From Candidatus Krumholzibacteriia bacterium (lineage in GTDB: Bacteria > Krumholzibacteriota > Krumholzibacteriia > WVZY01): a stretch of 47,900 bases of DNA. Made by a program: the position numbers and the translations under genes. Shown one piece after another: positions 30,102-39,309 of this stretch; within the stretch, counting starts at the first letter, position 1; each line of letters begins with the position of its first letter. The stretch is from assembly GCA_046754105.1 (NCBI GenBank), contig JBHHVD010000009.1, forward strand, positions 1 to 47,900, read 5' to 3'. The notes under the pieces are model-generated. The model searched no databases and was not told the origin of the DNA. It saw only the letters and a program-made list of their open reading frames with translations.

Positions 30102-32015
30102 ATGGCGTACCGATCTCGTTCTGACGAGCACCGGCTGACCCTGCGTCTTCTCGTGAGAACGGTGCTGACTATTTCATCGATGTTCCTGCTGGCGATGGTC
30201 GTGGCCGCGTTCTTGAGCCATCGCCGGCACCACCAGGATGTCGCCGCTCTGGCGGAGGAAAAGGCGCACTCGATCGGCGATGGTGTGGTCGCCATTATGG
30301 AGGACGCCGACGAAAATAAACTCGAACGGGCCCGCGCTTTTATGACATTGGTCGCCCGCGATCGACTGTGGGTGAATCTGCGAGTGATCTCGAACGGCGG
30401 CGAGGTTATTTTCTCCAAGGCTTCGGATGAAATCGGAAAGCCCATCGACCCAAAGGCTGATGGAAGTTGCGCGCGCTGCCACGCTGCCGACCACCTCCCC
30501 GCCAGGCGCAAGCAGGTGTATCGCGAAGAGGGCGGTGAACGGGTCATGCACCACGTGTACCCGATCGAGACCCGCCCGACGTGCCTGAAGTGCCACGAAC
30601 CTGCGCCACTGCGGGCGACGATCGTCTCCGACATATCGCTGGCCGCCGCGGACGAACTAATGGGCCTCAGGGACACGTGGATGTACGTTTCGGTCGCCGG
30701 GCTGCTCGTCCTGTTCATCCTCGGAGCCGGCCTGCTCCTGAGAAACGTTGCGTACCGGCCCCTGGAACTCGTCGCCCGCCGGCTGCGGCTGGTTGCGGGA
30801 GGCGACTTCAGCCAGGTTCCGGCGCCTGCGCAAACGGATATCATCGGGTTCATCAATCACCAGATTAACGTCACGGCCGCGCGGCTGAAAGAGTTCTACG
30901 ACGGCCTGGAAACGAAGGTGGCGGAGCGCACGCAGTCCCTTCGCGAATCCCAGGAAGCACTTGTCGGAGAGCGCGACAAGCTCAAGTTCATTTTCGACAG
31001 CTCGACCCAGGGGTTCGTGAGTGTCGCGGGCGACGGCACGATTCTTTTCGCAAACCAAAGAGCCGGGGATATGCTCGACACTCCCGCGGATCGCCTCGTG
31101 GGGCGAAACGTCAGCGACTTCACTATCCTGCGCCAGGTGTGCGATACCGATCGCATCCGCAGCACGCGGGTGAGCGATACGGATACGGCCCAGGAGCATC
31201 GATTGTACCGAAACGAGAACGGCAAGCACCTGGAACTGCAGGCGTCGGAGATCGCGACACCGGGAGGGGAGCGGGCGACCCTGGTCATGATAGAGGACGT
31301 AACGGAAGAGAAGGAGATCGAAAAGCACCTCGACAGGCAAGAGCGCCTCGCGTCGATGGGACGCCTGGCCGCGGGCGTGGCGCACGAAGTCGGGAACCCG
31401 CTCTCTGCCATATCGTCTCTGATACAGATAACCGAGAAAACGGGCGATGCCCTGGAGGTGCAAGAGAACTGCCGGTTGATTCAAAAGCACATCGGTCGGA
31501 TTACGACGATCGTGCGCAACCTGTCAGCAAGGACGCGTGTTGCGGAAGAGGAACACGCGCTCGCACGCATTGGAGATATCGTTCGCGGCGCAGTGGAGAT
31601 CGCTCGCTGGGACAAGCGCGCCGGGCGGATCGAGTTCGACCTCGGGGAGCGGGGAGGCGCCGGCGACGCCCGGCTGCCGAGGGATCCCTTCGTGCAGGCA
31701 TTCCTCAACCTCATTCTCAACGCGATGGATGCGGTGAGCGACGCGGCACAGCCGGTGATACGAATAGAGATCGGGCGGCGGGGCAGCAACACGGAAATCC
31801 GAATCTCGGACAACGGAAAGGGCATATCCGAAGACGACCTGGCTCATATTTTCGAGCCGTTCTATACCACGAAACCCACGGGCATGGGAACCGGTCTGGG
31901 GCTTGCCGTCACGCACGGCATCGTCGAAAAGATGGGGGGGGCCATCGAAGTGGAGACGATTGAGGGAGAGGGAACCACCTTTGTGGTCACCGTCCCGCTG
32001 GGGAGTGAATCATGA
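30102..32015 (+). CDS. Sensor histidine kinase with periplasmic diheme c-type domain, HAMP and PAS
   Basis: CARCH and CLKCH lie between two TMs; PAS (FANQRAG.ML); H-box AGVAHEVGNPL; NLILNA, DNGKG, GTGLGL. Confidence 0.92.
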   Translation: MAYRSRSDEHRLTLRLLVRTVLTISSMFLLAMVVAAFLSHRRHHQDVAALAEEKAHSIGDGVVAIMEDADENKLERARAFMTLVARDRLWVNLRVISNGGEVIFSKASDEIGKPIDPKADGSCARCHAADHLPARRKQVYREEGGERVMHHVYPIETRPTCLKCHEPAPLRATIVSDISLAAADELMGLRDTWMYVSVAGLLVLFILGAGLLLRNVAYRPLELVARRLRLVAGGDFSQVPAPAQTDIIGFINHQINVTAARLKEFYDGLETKVAERTQSLRESQEALVGERDKLKFIFDSSTQGFVSVAGDGTILFANQRAGDMLDTPADRLVGRNVSDFTILRQVCDTDRIRSTRVSDTDTAQEHRLYRNENGKHLELQASEIATPGGERATLVMIEDVTEEKEIEKHLDRQERLASMGRLAAGVAHEVGNPLSAISSLIQITEKTGDALEVQENCRLIQKHIGRITTIVRNLSARTRVAEEEHALARIGDIVRGAVEIARWDKRAGRIEFDLGERGGAGDARLPRDPFVQAFLNLILNAMDAVSDAAQPVIRIEIGRRGSNTEIRISDNGKGISEDDLAHIFEPFYTTKPTGMGTGLGLAVTHGIVEKMGGAIEVETIEGEGTTFVVTVPLGSES

Positions 32016-33358
32016 CGGGGCAACGCGCGAGCGTTTTGATAGTGGACGACGAACGGGACGTCAGGGAGCCGTTGGGAATGTACCTCCGCCGCGAAGGTTT
32101 CGCCGTCTTCACCGCGGCCCACGGGGGGGAGGCGCTCGACGTTCTCTCGGCGCATCCGGTGCGGGTCGTGCTTTCCGATGTGAGGATGCCCGTCATGGAC
32201 GGGACGGAGTTGCTGCACCGGGTTCGGGCCGAATACCCGGATACACACGTGATCATGTTCACGGCTTTCGGTACGGGTGACGATGCCGCGGCCGCCATCC
32301 GCTCGGGCGCAAAGGATTACATACTCAAGCCGGTCGTCTTTGAAGACATTTGCCAGAAAATCCTCCGCGTCTGCGAGGTCGATGACGGCCCGGTCACGGG
32401 ACGCGGCGAACCCGCCGGGCAGCGGTTCCTCGAAGCGATCCAGGGGGAAAGCGATTGCGTACGTGAAATGAAATCGCTCATCACAAGGGTGGCGGAGGCG
32501 GGGTCCTCGGCTTTGATCACCGGCGAAAGCGGGACGGGAAAGGAACTGGTGGCAAAAGCACTTCACCATCTGTCCGACCGGCGGGATGGCACGTTTCTCG
32601 CCGTCAACTGCGCCGCGATCCCCGAACAGCTGCTGGAGTCGGAGTTCTTCGGCCACGCCAAAGGGTCATTCACCGGGGCCTACGCGGACAAGAAGGGACT
32701 GTTCGAATCCGCGGGCAGGGGTACTCTGTTCCTCGATGAAGTCTCCGAGCTGCCACACCACATGCAGGCGAAACTACTGCGTGCACTGGAAGAAAAGGAG
32801 GTCACGCCGATCGGAAAGACCGTGCCCATCCCGGTTCGCGCGGTTGTCCTCGCCGCCTGCAGCATGGACCTCAAGCGCGAGGTCGACGAGGGTAGATTTC
32901 GTATGGACCTCTTCTACCGCCTCAACGTTATCGAGATGCCGGTCCCCCCGCTTCGGGACAGAGACGGGGACGTCGAGTTACTCGCCCGGTATTTTCTGGA
33001 TGAAACGCGTAAGCGGCTTCGTACCGGTGTGCGATCGTTTTCCTCGGGGACGATCCGTGCGCTCGGGAGGTACGACTGGCCCGGAAACATCCGCGAGCTG
33101 CGAAACGTCATCGAGCGGGCCGTCGTGCTGGCCCGCGGTGAGACCATCGAGCCCCTGAATCTCCCCGATTACATCGAGCGCTTTGCGCATGGCGGGCACG
33201 CACCCCGGACCATGAAAGACGCGGTCAAAGTATTCGAAAGGGAACTGATCCTGAAGACGCTGCGCGAGTGTGGTAACAACAAACGCCTGGCTGCGAAAAA
33301 ACTGGGGATGGGTCTGTCCTCTCTTTATCGCAAGCTCGAAGAACTCGACCTCTCCTGA
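32012..33358 (+). CDS. Sigma54-dependent response regulator
   Basis: REC (VDDE, SDVRMP); [50 protein letters not shown] overlap with the kinase. Confidence 0.95.
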   Translation: MTGQRASVLIVDDERDVREPLGMYLRREGFAVFTAAHGGEALDVLSAHPVRVVLSDVRMPVMDGTELLHRVRAEYPDTHVIMFTAFGTGDDAAAAIRSGAKDYILKPVVFEDICQKILRVCEVDDGPVTGRGEPAGQRFLEAIQGESDCVREMKSLITRVAEAGSSALITGESGTGKELVAKALHHLSDRRDGTFLAVNCAAIPEQLLESEFFGHAKGSFTGAYADKKGLFESAGRGTLFLDEVSELPHHMQAKLLRALEEKEVTPIGKTVPIPVRAVVLAACSMDLKREVDEGRFRMDLFYRLNVIEMPVPPLRDRDGDVELLARYFLDETRKRLRTGVRSFSSGTIRALGRYDWPGNIRELRNVIERAVVLARGETIEPLNLPDYIERFAHGGHAPRTMKDAVKVFERELILKTLRECGNNKRLAAKKLGMGLSSLYRKLEELDLS

Positions 33359-33423
33359 TCCAGCCGCCGACACGCCCTCGGTGCCCGTGCAACCCCGCCG
33401 GTCCACAGCGGCCCGCCCGTGGA

Positions 33424-33470
33424 TTCCCATTTCCGGGAACGATCGGCGGCCGTTTTCCCGCTTCCAGGAA
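33424..33470. promoter_or_regulatory. Paired enhancer palindromes TTCCC-N6-GGGAA
   Basis: TTCCCATTTCCGGGAA (33424-33439) and TTCCCGCTTCCAGGAA (33455-33470), 31 bp apart. Confidence 0.7.
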
Positions 33471-33562
33471 TATGACCCCCGGGAATCGCGCAACGGGCCC
33501 AATGAAGACCTCATAACTCTTTATATTTCAACACAATTTAGTTTGTGAAAATATTACCAAGA

Positions 33563-33578
33563 TGGCACCGGCCTTGCC
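33563..33578 (+). promoter_or_regulatory. Sigma54 -24/-12 promoter of the cytochrome operon
   Basis: TGGCACCGGCCTTGCC, close to consensus TGGCAC-N5-TTGC; AT-rich IHF-like tract at 33513-33560. Confidence 0.85.
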
Positions 33579-33680
33579 TTATGGGGTAGGGGCGCCATGT
33601 CCGAGGGCGGGTAACGGCGGCAGGGCACGGCGCGGTAAATTGGCGATCACACGACGCTACTAGATGGTAAGGAGGAGTAA

Positions 33681-34358
33681 ATGAAGCGCTTCATAGTAGC
33701 TGTGGTGGTTGTGGGTTTCGCGACCGGTGCGCTTGCGAACGGAACCGGAAGCGGAATCAGTGGCTCACCGCACGATTTCTCGAGTCTCACCGCGAACCCG
33801 TGGAATACGCGCGAGGAACTGTGCCGGGTGTGCCACGTTCCGCACGACCACCAGCGTGATATCTATCCCACGGGCCTTCTGTGGAACCACGAAGTCACGA
33901 GTCAGGTGTTTACACCGTACACGATGATGGACGGTTCCGTCACGGGCCAGCCGGACGGCGTCTCCAAGCTCTGTCTTGGTTGCCATGACGGTACCGTGGG
34001 CATAGATGAATGGGACGGGAAGAACATCGGAGCGGGAACCGTGTTCATAGGCGATTACGATCCAGGATTCCAGGTGCCCGGTGCGGGCAACGCGGGAAGC
34101 CTGGCCAGAACACACCCGCTCAGCGTGGCCTACAACTACGATCCGGCCGACAACGACGGCCTGAACGACCCGGCCACGACACCGATGGGATCGTCGGGCA
34201 TGATCGCCGACGTCCTGCCGATGGGCAAGGTGCAGTGCTCCAGCTGCCACGACGTGCATGACAACGAGTCCGTTGGAGGTACGCACTTGCTCCGCATCGC
34301 GCAGAAAGCGTCCCAGGGTCAGGCCTCCGGCCTGTGCCTCGCCTGCCACAACAAGTAG
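33681..34358 (+). CDS. Secreted tetraheme cytochrome c, OmcE-like
   Basis: Strong RBS AGGAGGAG; Sec signal; CRVCH, CLGCH, CSSCH, CLACH; layout HD.S / CH.PH / LWN / CHDG / HP / CH.VH / LLR / LCL.CH.K*. Confidence 0.85.
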   Translation: MKRFIVAVVVVGFATGALANGTGSGISGSPHDFSSLTANPWNTREELCRVCHVPHDHQRDIYPTGLLWNHEVTSQVFTPYTMMDGSVTGQPDGVSKLCLGCHDGTVGIDEWDGKNIGAGTVFIGDYDPGFQVPGAGNAGSLARTHPLSVAYNYDPADNDGLNDPATTPMGSSGMIADVLPMGKVQCSSCHDVHDNESVGGTHLLRIAQKASQGQASGLCLACHNK

Positions 34359-34383
34359 TTCTTGAAGGTTTGTGGCGCGGAAA

Positions 34384-34426
34384 GACCCGGGTGGGGCGTG
34401 CAGGTTGCTCTTCCCGGGTCACTTTT
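34384..34426 (+). terminator. Intra-operon hairpin (partial terminator or 3' stabiliser)
   Basis: GACCCGGG-tggggcg...ttgctctt-CCCGGGTC followed by ACTTTT. Confidence 0.55.
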
Positions 34427-34451
34427 CACGATCAACGCGGGAGTGCCAGCA

Positions 34452-35633
34452 GTGAAACACATTTCGGGCTTGCCCACATTCGCATCGCGGCGGTTGCGAG
34501 GCAGTGGTTTATGGATACCTTCCCTCGCCCTGGCGCTGCTCTCCGTTGGGTGTGGCGGGCCGGGGGCCGTCAGGCAATCGAGCGTCTTCTACCCGCCGCT
34601 CCCCCAACCGCCGAAGGTACAGTTTCTCGCGCGGTTTCAAAACAGCGAGGACCTGGGAGTGAAGGTCGGCACTTTCCAGAAGTTTGTGACCGGCCAGAAG
34701 ATCCGCAGGCAGGACCTTGTCAAACCGCACCAGTCGGTTCTTTACCGAGGCCGGTTCTACACGTGCGATTCGCGACGCGCCGAGGTCGTCGTAATGGACC
34801 TTGCAGAAAGGAGAATGTGGGTGTTGGGTGAAGAGGAGGAATTCCATTTCGGAAAACCGATGTCCATTGCAATCGCCTCCGACGGGACGAAATACGTAGC
34901 CGACAACGTCAAGAAGCGGATCTTTGTGTTCGACGCAGGCGATCGTTTCGTCGGTGCCTTCGGTGAAGACGGCCAGTTCGGTCCGACTTCCGTGGCCGTT
35001 TACGGGGACAGCCTGTTCGTCGCGGACGTGGAGGGGCACGAGGTTGAAATCCTCGACCGCAACACCGGGCAGGTCATGCACCGGCTTACCGGGTCAGAGG
35101 AGTCCGCGACCGGCACCCTTTTGATGCCTGCCAATCTCGCCGTGGACAGCAGGGGAATGCTGTACGTGGCGGACCTTCTGGCGGCCAACATCCACGTTTT
35201 CGATCGAGACCTGAGCTTCGTCCGCAACATCGGGCGGCAGGGGGACCAGTTGGGGCGGTTCGCCCGTCCGCGCGGCATCGCGGTGGACCGCTCGGGCTTC
35301 GTTTACGTGTCCGACGCCGCTTTTGAAAACGTCCAGGTCTTTTCCCCCGAGGGTGAACTGGTTCTCTTCTTCGGAGGCCCCGGCACCGATCCGGGCGATA
35401 TGTATTTGCCATCCGGCGTCACGATCAGTTACGACGGCCTCGAGCTCTTCGCCGATCGAGTCGATGGCCGTTTCGACGTGTCCTATCTCCTGATCGTGGC
35501 GAACCAGTACGGCCCGAACGGTGTCTCGGTCTACGGTTTCGGGACGCCCAGGGAGAACGCCTTTGCGATCCCGCGGCAAACGAGCCCAAGGGACGAGGCG
35601 GGCGGGTCCACGGGTAGCAAGGAAGACGGTTAG
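34452..35633 (+). CDS. NHL-repeat (6-bladed beta-propeller) lipoprotein
   Basis: Lipobox LLSVGC; YPPLPQPPKVQFL; FARPRGIAVDRSGFVYVSDAAFENVQVF; GTG start with GGGAG RBS. Confidence 0.88.
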   Translation: MKHISGLPTFASRRLRGSGLWIPSLALALLSVGCGGPGAVRQSSVFYPPLPQPPKVQFLARFQNSEDLGVKVGTFQKFVTGQKIRRQDLVKPHQSVLYRGRFYTCDSRRAEVVVMDLAERRMWVLGEEEEFHFGKPMSIAIASDGTKYVADNVKKRIFVFDAGDRFVGAFGEDGQFGPTSVAVYGDSLFVADVEGHEVEILDRNTGQVMHRLTGSEESATGTLLMPANLAVDSRGMLYVADLLAANIHVFDRDLSFVRNIGRQGDQLGRFARPRGIAVDRSGFVYVSDAAFENVQVFSPEGELVLFFGGPGTDPGDMYLPSGVTISYDGLELFADRVDGRFDVSYLLIVANQYGPNGVSVYGFGTPRENAFAIPRQTSPRDEAGGSTGSKEDG

Positions 35634-35635
35634 AC

Positions 35636-36295
35636 ATGAGTCGTCTGCTGCATCGCGCCGTGATCACCGCTACGGTAGCCGTTCTGGCCGGGGCGGCCAG
35701 CCAATGCGGGTGCAGCGGAGGGCGCAGCCACAAAGTGATTTCTTTTCTCTTCGACGGCGTGCCGCCCCCTCGCTCGACAGTAACCCCGGACACGAGCGTG
35801 GCGGTGCGCCGCGAGAGACCCGATCGAGCGGCGGCCTCCCGCGATTCGGTCAGGGCATCCTTTGTGATGCATTCACCGTACGAGGACCGTGAGTGTGACA
35901 ACTGTCACAACCTGCCGGGGCGGGCGCAGCGCGCATCGGGTCGCGCGGGCATGCCTTCGCTGAATCCAGGTGCGGAAGGATCCGGCTGGCTCGTGATGGC
36001 GCCGGAGCGGCTGTGCTTCGAGTGCCATGATGACAAGACGGCGGAGTACGCGGAGGAAAACAAGTTGATCATTCACTCGCCGGTCGAGGAAGGGGAGTGC
36101 CTTCAGTGCCACGAGCCGCATCGCTCCCGTTACGAGCATCTCTTGCGGGCACAGCGCGTCAGAACGCTGTGCTTCGAATGCCACGAAGAGGCAATACCCG
36201 AAGGCGAAGGAGACCATCCGGAGTTGGAAGATGAAGACCGCTGCACCGACTGCCATAACCCGCATCTCTCGGCGAATGCGTTCTTGCTCGACTAG
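35636..36295 (+). CDS. Pentaheme cytochrome c (doubled-CXXCH type), probably a lipoprotein
   Basis: Signal ending QCGC; FLFDGVPPP; CDNCH, CFECH, CLQCH, CFECH, CTDCH; HSP and CH.PH distal His residues. Confidence 0.9.
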   Translation: MSRLLHRAVITATVAVLAGAASQCGCSGGRSHKVISFLFDGVPPPRSTVTPDTSVAVRRERPDRAAASRDSVRASFVMHSPYEDRECDNCHNLPGRAQRASGRAGMPSLNPGAEGSGWLVMAPERLCFECHDDKTAEYAEENKLIIHSPVEEGECLQCHEPHRSRYEHLLRAQRVRTLCFECHEEAIPEGEGDHPELEDEDRCTDCHNPHLSANAFLLD

Positions 36296-36317
36296 CGGCC
36301 GATCTCGCGCGCCGGCG

Positions 36318-38270
36318 ATGGCGCGTGCGCGCACGTTCACCTGGGCACTGCTATTGGCCTGTGCCGCCGTGCCGCCGGGCACCGCGGTACGCGTATCCGC
36401 CCAGATCCGGATCCTCGCCGTCGACTCGCTACGGGCCTCGCTGGGGTCCGTCGCCTATTCCGATCGAATCAAGCGCGAGTGGACGTCGAGCCGGCCGCTG
36501 CTGCGGGACAACGAGGCCGGTCTGCTGGAATCACTCCGACTGGGCGTTGGGGGATCGTTGTACCACCCGAGACTATTTTCGTGGACATCCAGCGGCCGGT
36601 TGACGTTGAAACAACGCTCCCTATCGAACGAACAACCCGACAGCCACCGCGCGATCGGCGAGGCCCTGAGCGAGTACAGGGTCGCCGGCATGTTCCTCCG
36701 GGATCACGACCTGTCGCTCACCGTGGCTGCAACCCGCAACGTTACCAATGTCGACGGGGATTTCCTGGAGGACACGTACGTGAATCGCTCCTCCCGAACC
36801 GCAGCCCTCCGGTGGGGCTTGAGGCGCCTGAACCAGGTCCTGGATTACGAGTGGAACAATTACGATTCCAAAGGACTTGTCGAAAACGAGGAAATCCGCA
36901 GGGCACTCCGTTACGAATCTACGTTGCGGGGCGAGAGGTTTTATGCGAGCGCCAAGTACGAAGTGACGGAGAATGACTTCTTGACGTCGGGAAACGATGT
37001 CGAGAACCAGACCGGCCGCCTGTTGAGTACGATGCGTCTCGACAAAGCCGGCCGGCGCACGATTTCGTCATCCGTCTATTACAATCGCCTGCAGGCGGCG
37101 GTCTCCAGCCGCTACGTGGAGGGCTCGGTCTTTGCCAACATAGGTCTGCTGTCGAATCTCGACCTGACCACCTCCTATTCTCGCCGCAACGATGAGGTAG
37201 CAGGTATCAGTTCGCGGACGGATGCCGTTGGCGCGAGCCTGGTTCACCGGCTCTACAGAAGCGTGGTCACCACCATAACGGGAGACGGCACTTTTCCCGA
37301 ATACGATGATGGCCGGCAGCTGGATGCCCAGGTTTCAGCCCGGACGGACTATCGAAAGCAGACCTTTTTCGGCTCCCTCAGGCTGTTCTACGAATACGGG
37401 TTCCGGCGCTACAAGGAGGACTTCTCCCGCAACACGAGCCGCCCCCGCCAGAGGACCGTCGTTTACACGCCGGGAGTTCCTACCGTACTCGATGAGGTAG
37501 GCGTTGATTCAACGTCGATAGAAATCCTGAATCTCACCCAGCCGGGCGTATTGCCGCAGCAGGGCATCGACTATCTGATCATCACGACAGGAGACTTTTT
37601 CGAAATTCAGATCCAGCCCCTGGCCACCATTCAGCCCGGGGACGAATTGAGTATTCGGTACGTGGTTCTGGTAGGGGCCAGTTTTGAATTCGAGGAGAGG
37701 GCGCCGGCGTACGGCTTCGGTCTCGGGATCACCCCCCATATCAGTCTCGATGCCAGCCGTCAGAAGCTCAATCGCGACCTCCTCCGCGGAGAGCCATCGG
37801 CCACGATCGAGAACACGAGACTCGAGAACGCTTCACTGAGGCTGAATTGGCAGAGCATTCGCGTCGAGGCCCGCTACCAAAACCGGGTCACGACGATCAA
37901 TCCCTACAAGCGGAGTAGCGCGAGCATCTATTACGTCAAGCCGATCAACGGCTCGCTGAATCTGGTCGTCAATTCGGCTTACAGTGAAACAGAGTTTACA
38001 GAGGATCGGGAGCGCTCAAAGAACGTGACGTTTGCCGGAACTTTCTGGTATCGTCCCACCCGCCGTCTTGTCATCGAGACGCGATTTCACGGCCTGCAAC
38101 GTTCAGGCCGCAGGGACGATGGGCACGACGTTACTCTGGGCGTGAATACCCGGTACGTAGCTCACAATCTCGAAGTGCTGCTGAAGCTCAACGCCTACAA
38201 TCGTGAGGTAAAAATCGTTGGGACCGAGGAGAGAACACTTGCGAGCCTTGAGATCAGACGACATTTTTGA
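36318..38270 (+). CDS. Outer-membrane beta-barrel (porin-like) protein
   Basis: Signal peptide; alternating amphipathic strands rich in Y/S/R/N; C-terminal ASLEIRRHF* ends in Phe (BAM signal); no CXXCH. Confidence 0.8.
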   Translation: MARARTFTWALLLACAAVPPGTAVRVSAQIRILAVDSLRASLGSVAYSDRIKREWTSSRPLLRDNEAGLLESLRLGVGGSLYHPRLFSWTSSGRLTLKQRSLSNEQPDSHRAIGEALSEYRVAGMFLRDHDLSLTVAATRNVTNVDGDFLEDTYVNRSSRTAALRWGLRRLNQVLDYEWNNYDSKGLVENEEIRRALRYESTLRGERFYASAKYEVTENDFLTSGNDVENQTGRLLSTMRLDKAGRRTISSSVYYNRLQAAVSSRYVEGSVFANIGLLSNLDLTTSYSRRNDEVAGISSRTDAVGASLVHRLYRSVVTTITGDGTFPEYDDGRQLDAQVSARTDYRKQTFFGSLRLFYEYGFRRYKEDFSRNTSRPRQRTVVYTPGVPTVLDEVGVDSTSIEILNLTQPGVLPQQGIDYLIITTGDFFEIQIQPLATIQPGDELSIRYVVLVGASFEFEERAPAYGFGLGITPHISLDASRQKLNRDLLRGEPSATIENTRLENASLRLNWQSIRVEARYQNRVTTINPYKRSSASIYYVKPINGSLNLVVNSAYSETEFTEDRERSKNVTFAGTFWYRPTRRLVIETRFHGLQRSGRRDDGHDVTLGVNTRYVAHNLEVLLKLNAYNREVKIVGTEERTLASLEIRRHF

Positions 38271-39303
38271 GCGCATCTGCTCGCGGAAAGTCGGGACCTT
38301 CTTACGGCTGGCGCTCGCAGCGCTGGTCGCGGTTTCCACGGGGTGTGCCCGGCGCGACGTGGTTCGTCGGGCTGTTCCGCCACCCGAGTTCATCTACCCC
38401 GGCCATCTCGAAGGACCGAACCTTCAACTGGTCTCCCTGCTTGCCGACCCCCACGCGGACCGCTTCGCCCAGGGCATGCCTGTCGACGGCCTCCCCGTTC
38501 CCGGCGACGGCTTCGTCAGGACCACGGCTGCGGTGTTCGCGACGGACGGCGCGCTGTACGTGCTTGATGGTGGAAGGGGAGCGGTGTTTCGGTCGAGGTA
38601 TGACGGGGAGGGCGGGCTGGCGGATGCCAGGCGATTCGACCTCGACGGGCGTCCGTTTCCGTCCGCGCTTGATATGGCGATCCACCCGGACGGCGCGTGC
38701 TGGGTCGTCGACTCGAAACTCGCGGGAGTCTATCGTCTTGACGGCGAGGGAAGGCTCTTGAGTCGTTTCGAGGACGGTCTTTCGCGGCCGGTGGGAATCG
38801 CATATCATGCCGGAGCCGGTCGTATGCTCGTAACGGACCTCGCCGCGAATCGTATCTATGAAATGGACGCCGGCGGCAACGTCGTAGCCAGCCACGGTCC
38901 CGGACAGGGCCTGCAGCTGGAAGCGCCGTCGTTCATCGCGGTCGGCCCCGGTGGGAACATTTTTGTGGTAGAGGCCCTGGGCGCACGCGTGAAAGTCATC
39001 GATCCGCAATGGGCGGTGCTTCGGACGTTCGGCGGGACTGGAGACGGGCCGGGACACTTCGCCAGACCGAAGGGGATCGCCGTGGATTCAGGGGGGAGGG
39101 TCTACGTTGTGGATGCGCTGTTCGATAACGTACAAATCTTCGACCGTGAGGGGACACTCCTGCTGACGCTTGGGACGACGGGGCAGGGCGTCGCCGAATT
39201 CTGGCAGCCCATGGGTATCAGCATTGACGGGCGGCAGAGAATCTTCGTTGCCGATTCATTCAATCGTCGCATCCAGGTTTTCCGCTGGACAGAGCGAGGT
39301 TAG
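38239..39303 (+). CDS. Second NHL-repeat beta-propeller lipoprotein
   Basis: Lipobox AVSTGC; FARPKGIAVDSGGRVYVVDALFDNVQIF; FWQPMGISID...VADSFNRRIQVF; TTG start after GAGGAG (uncertain). Confidence 0.87.
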   Translation: MRALRSDDIFERICSRKVGTFLRLALAALVAVSTGCARRDVVRRAVPPPEFIYPGHLEGPNLQLVSLLADPHADRFAQGMPVDGLPVPGDGFVRTTAAVFATDGALYVLDGGRGAVFRSRYDGEGGLADARRFDLDGRPFPSALDMAIHPDGACWVVDSKLAGVYRLDGEGRLLSRFEDGLSRPVGIAYHAGAGRMLVTDLAANRIYEMDAGGNVVASHGPGQGLQLEAPSFIAVGPGGNIFVVEALGARVKVIDPQWAVLRTFGGTGDGPGHFARPKGIAVDSGGRVYVVDALFDNVQIFDREGTLLLTLGTTGQGVAEFWQPMGISIDGRQRIFVADSFNRRIQVFRWTERG

Positions 39304-39309
39304 GGTGTG

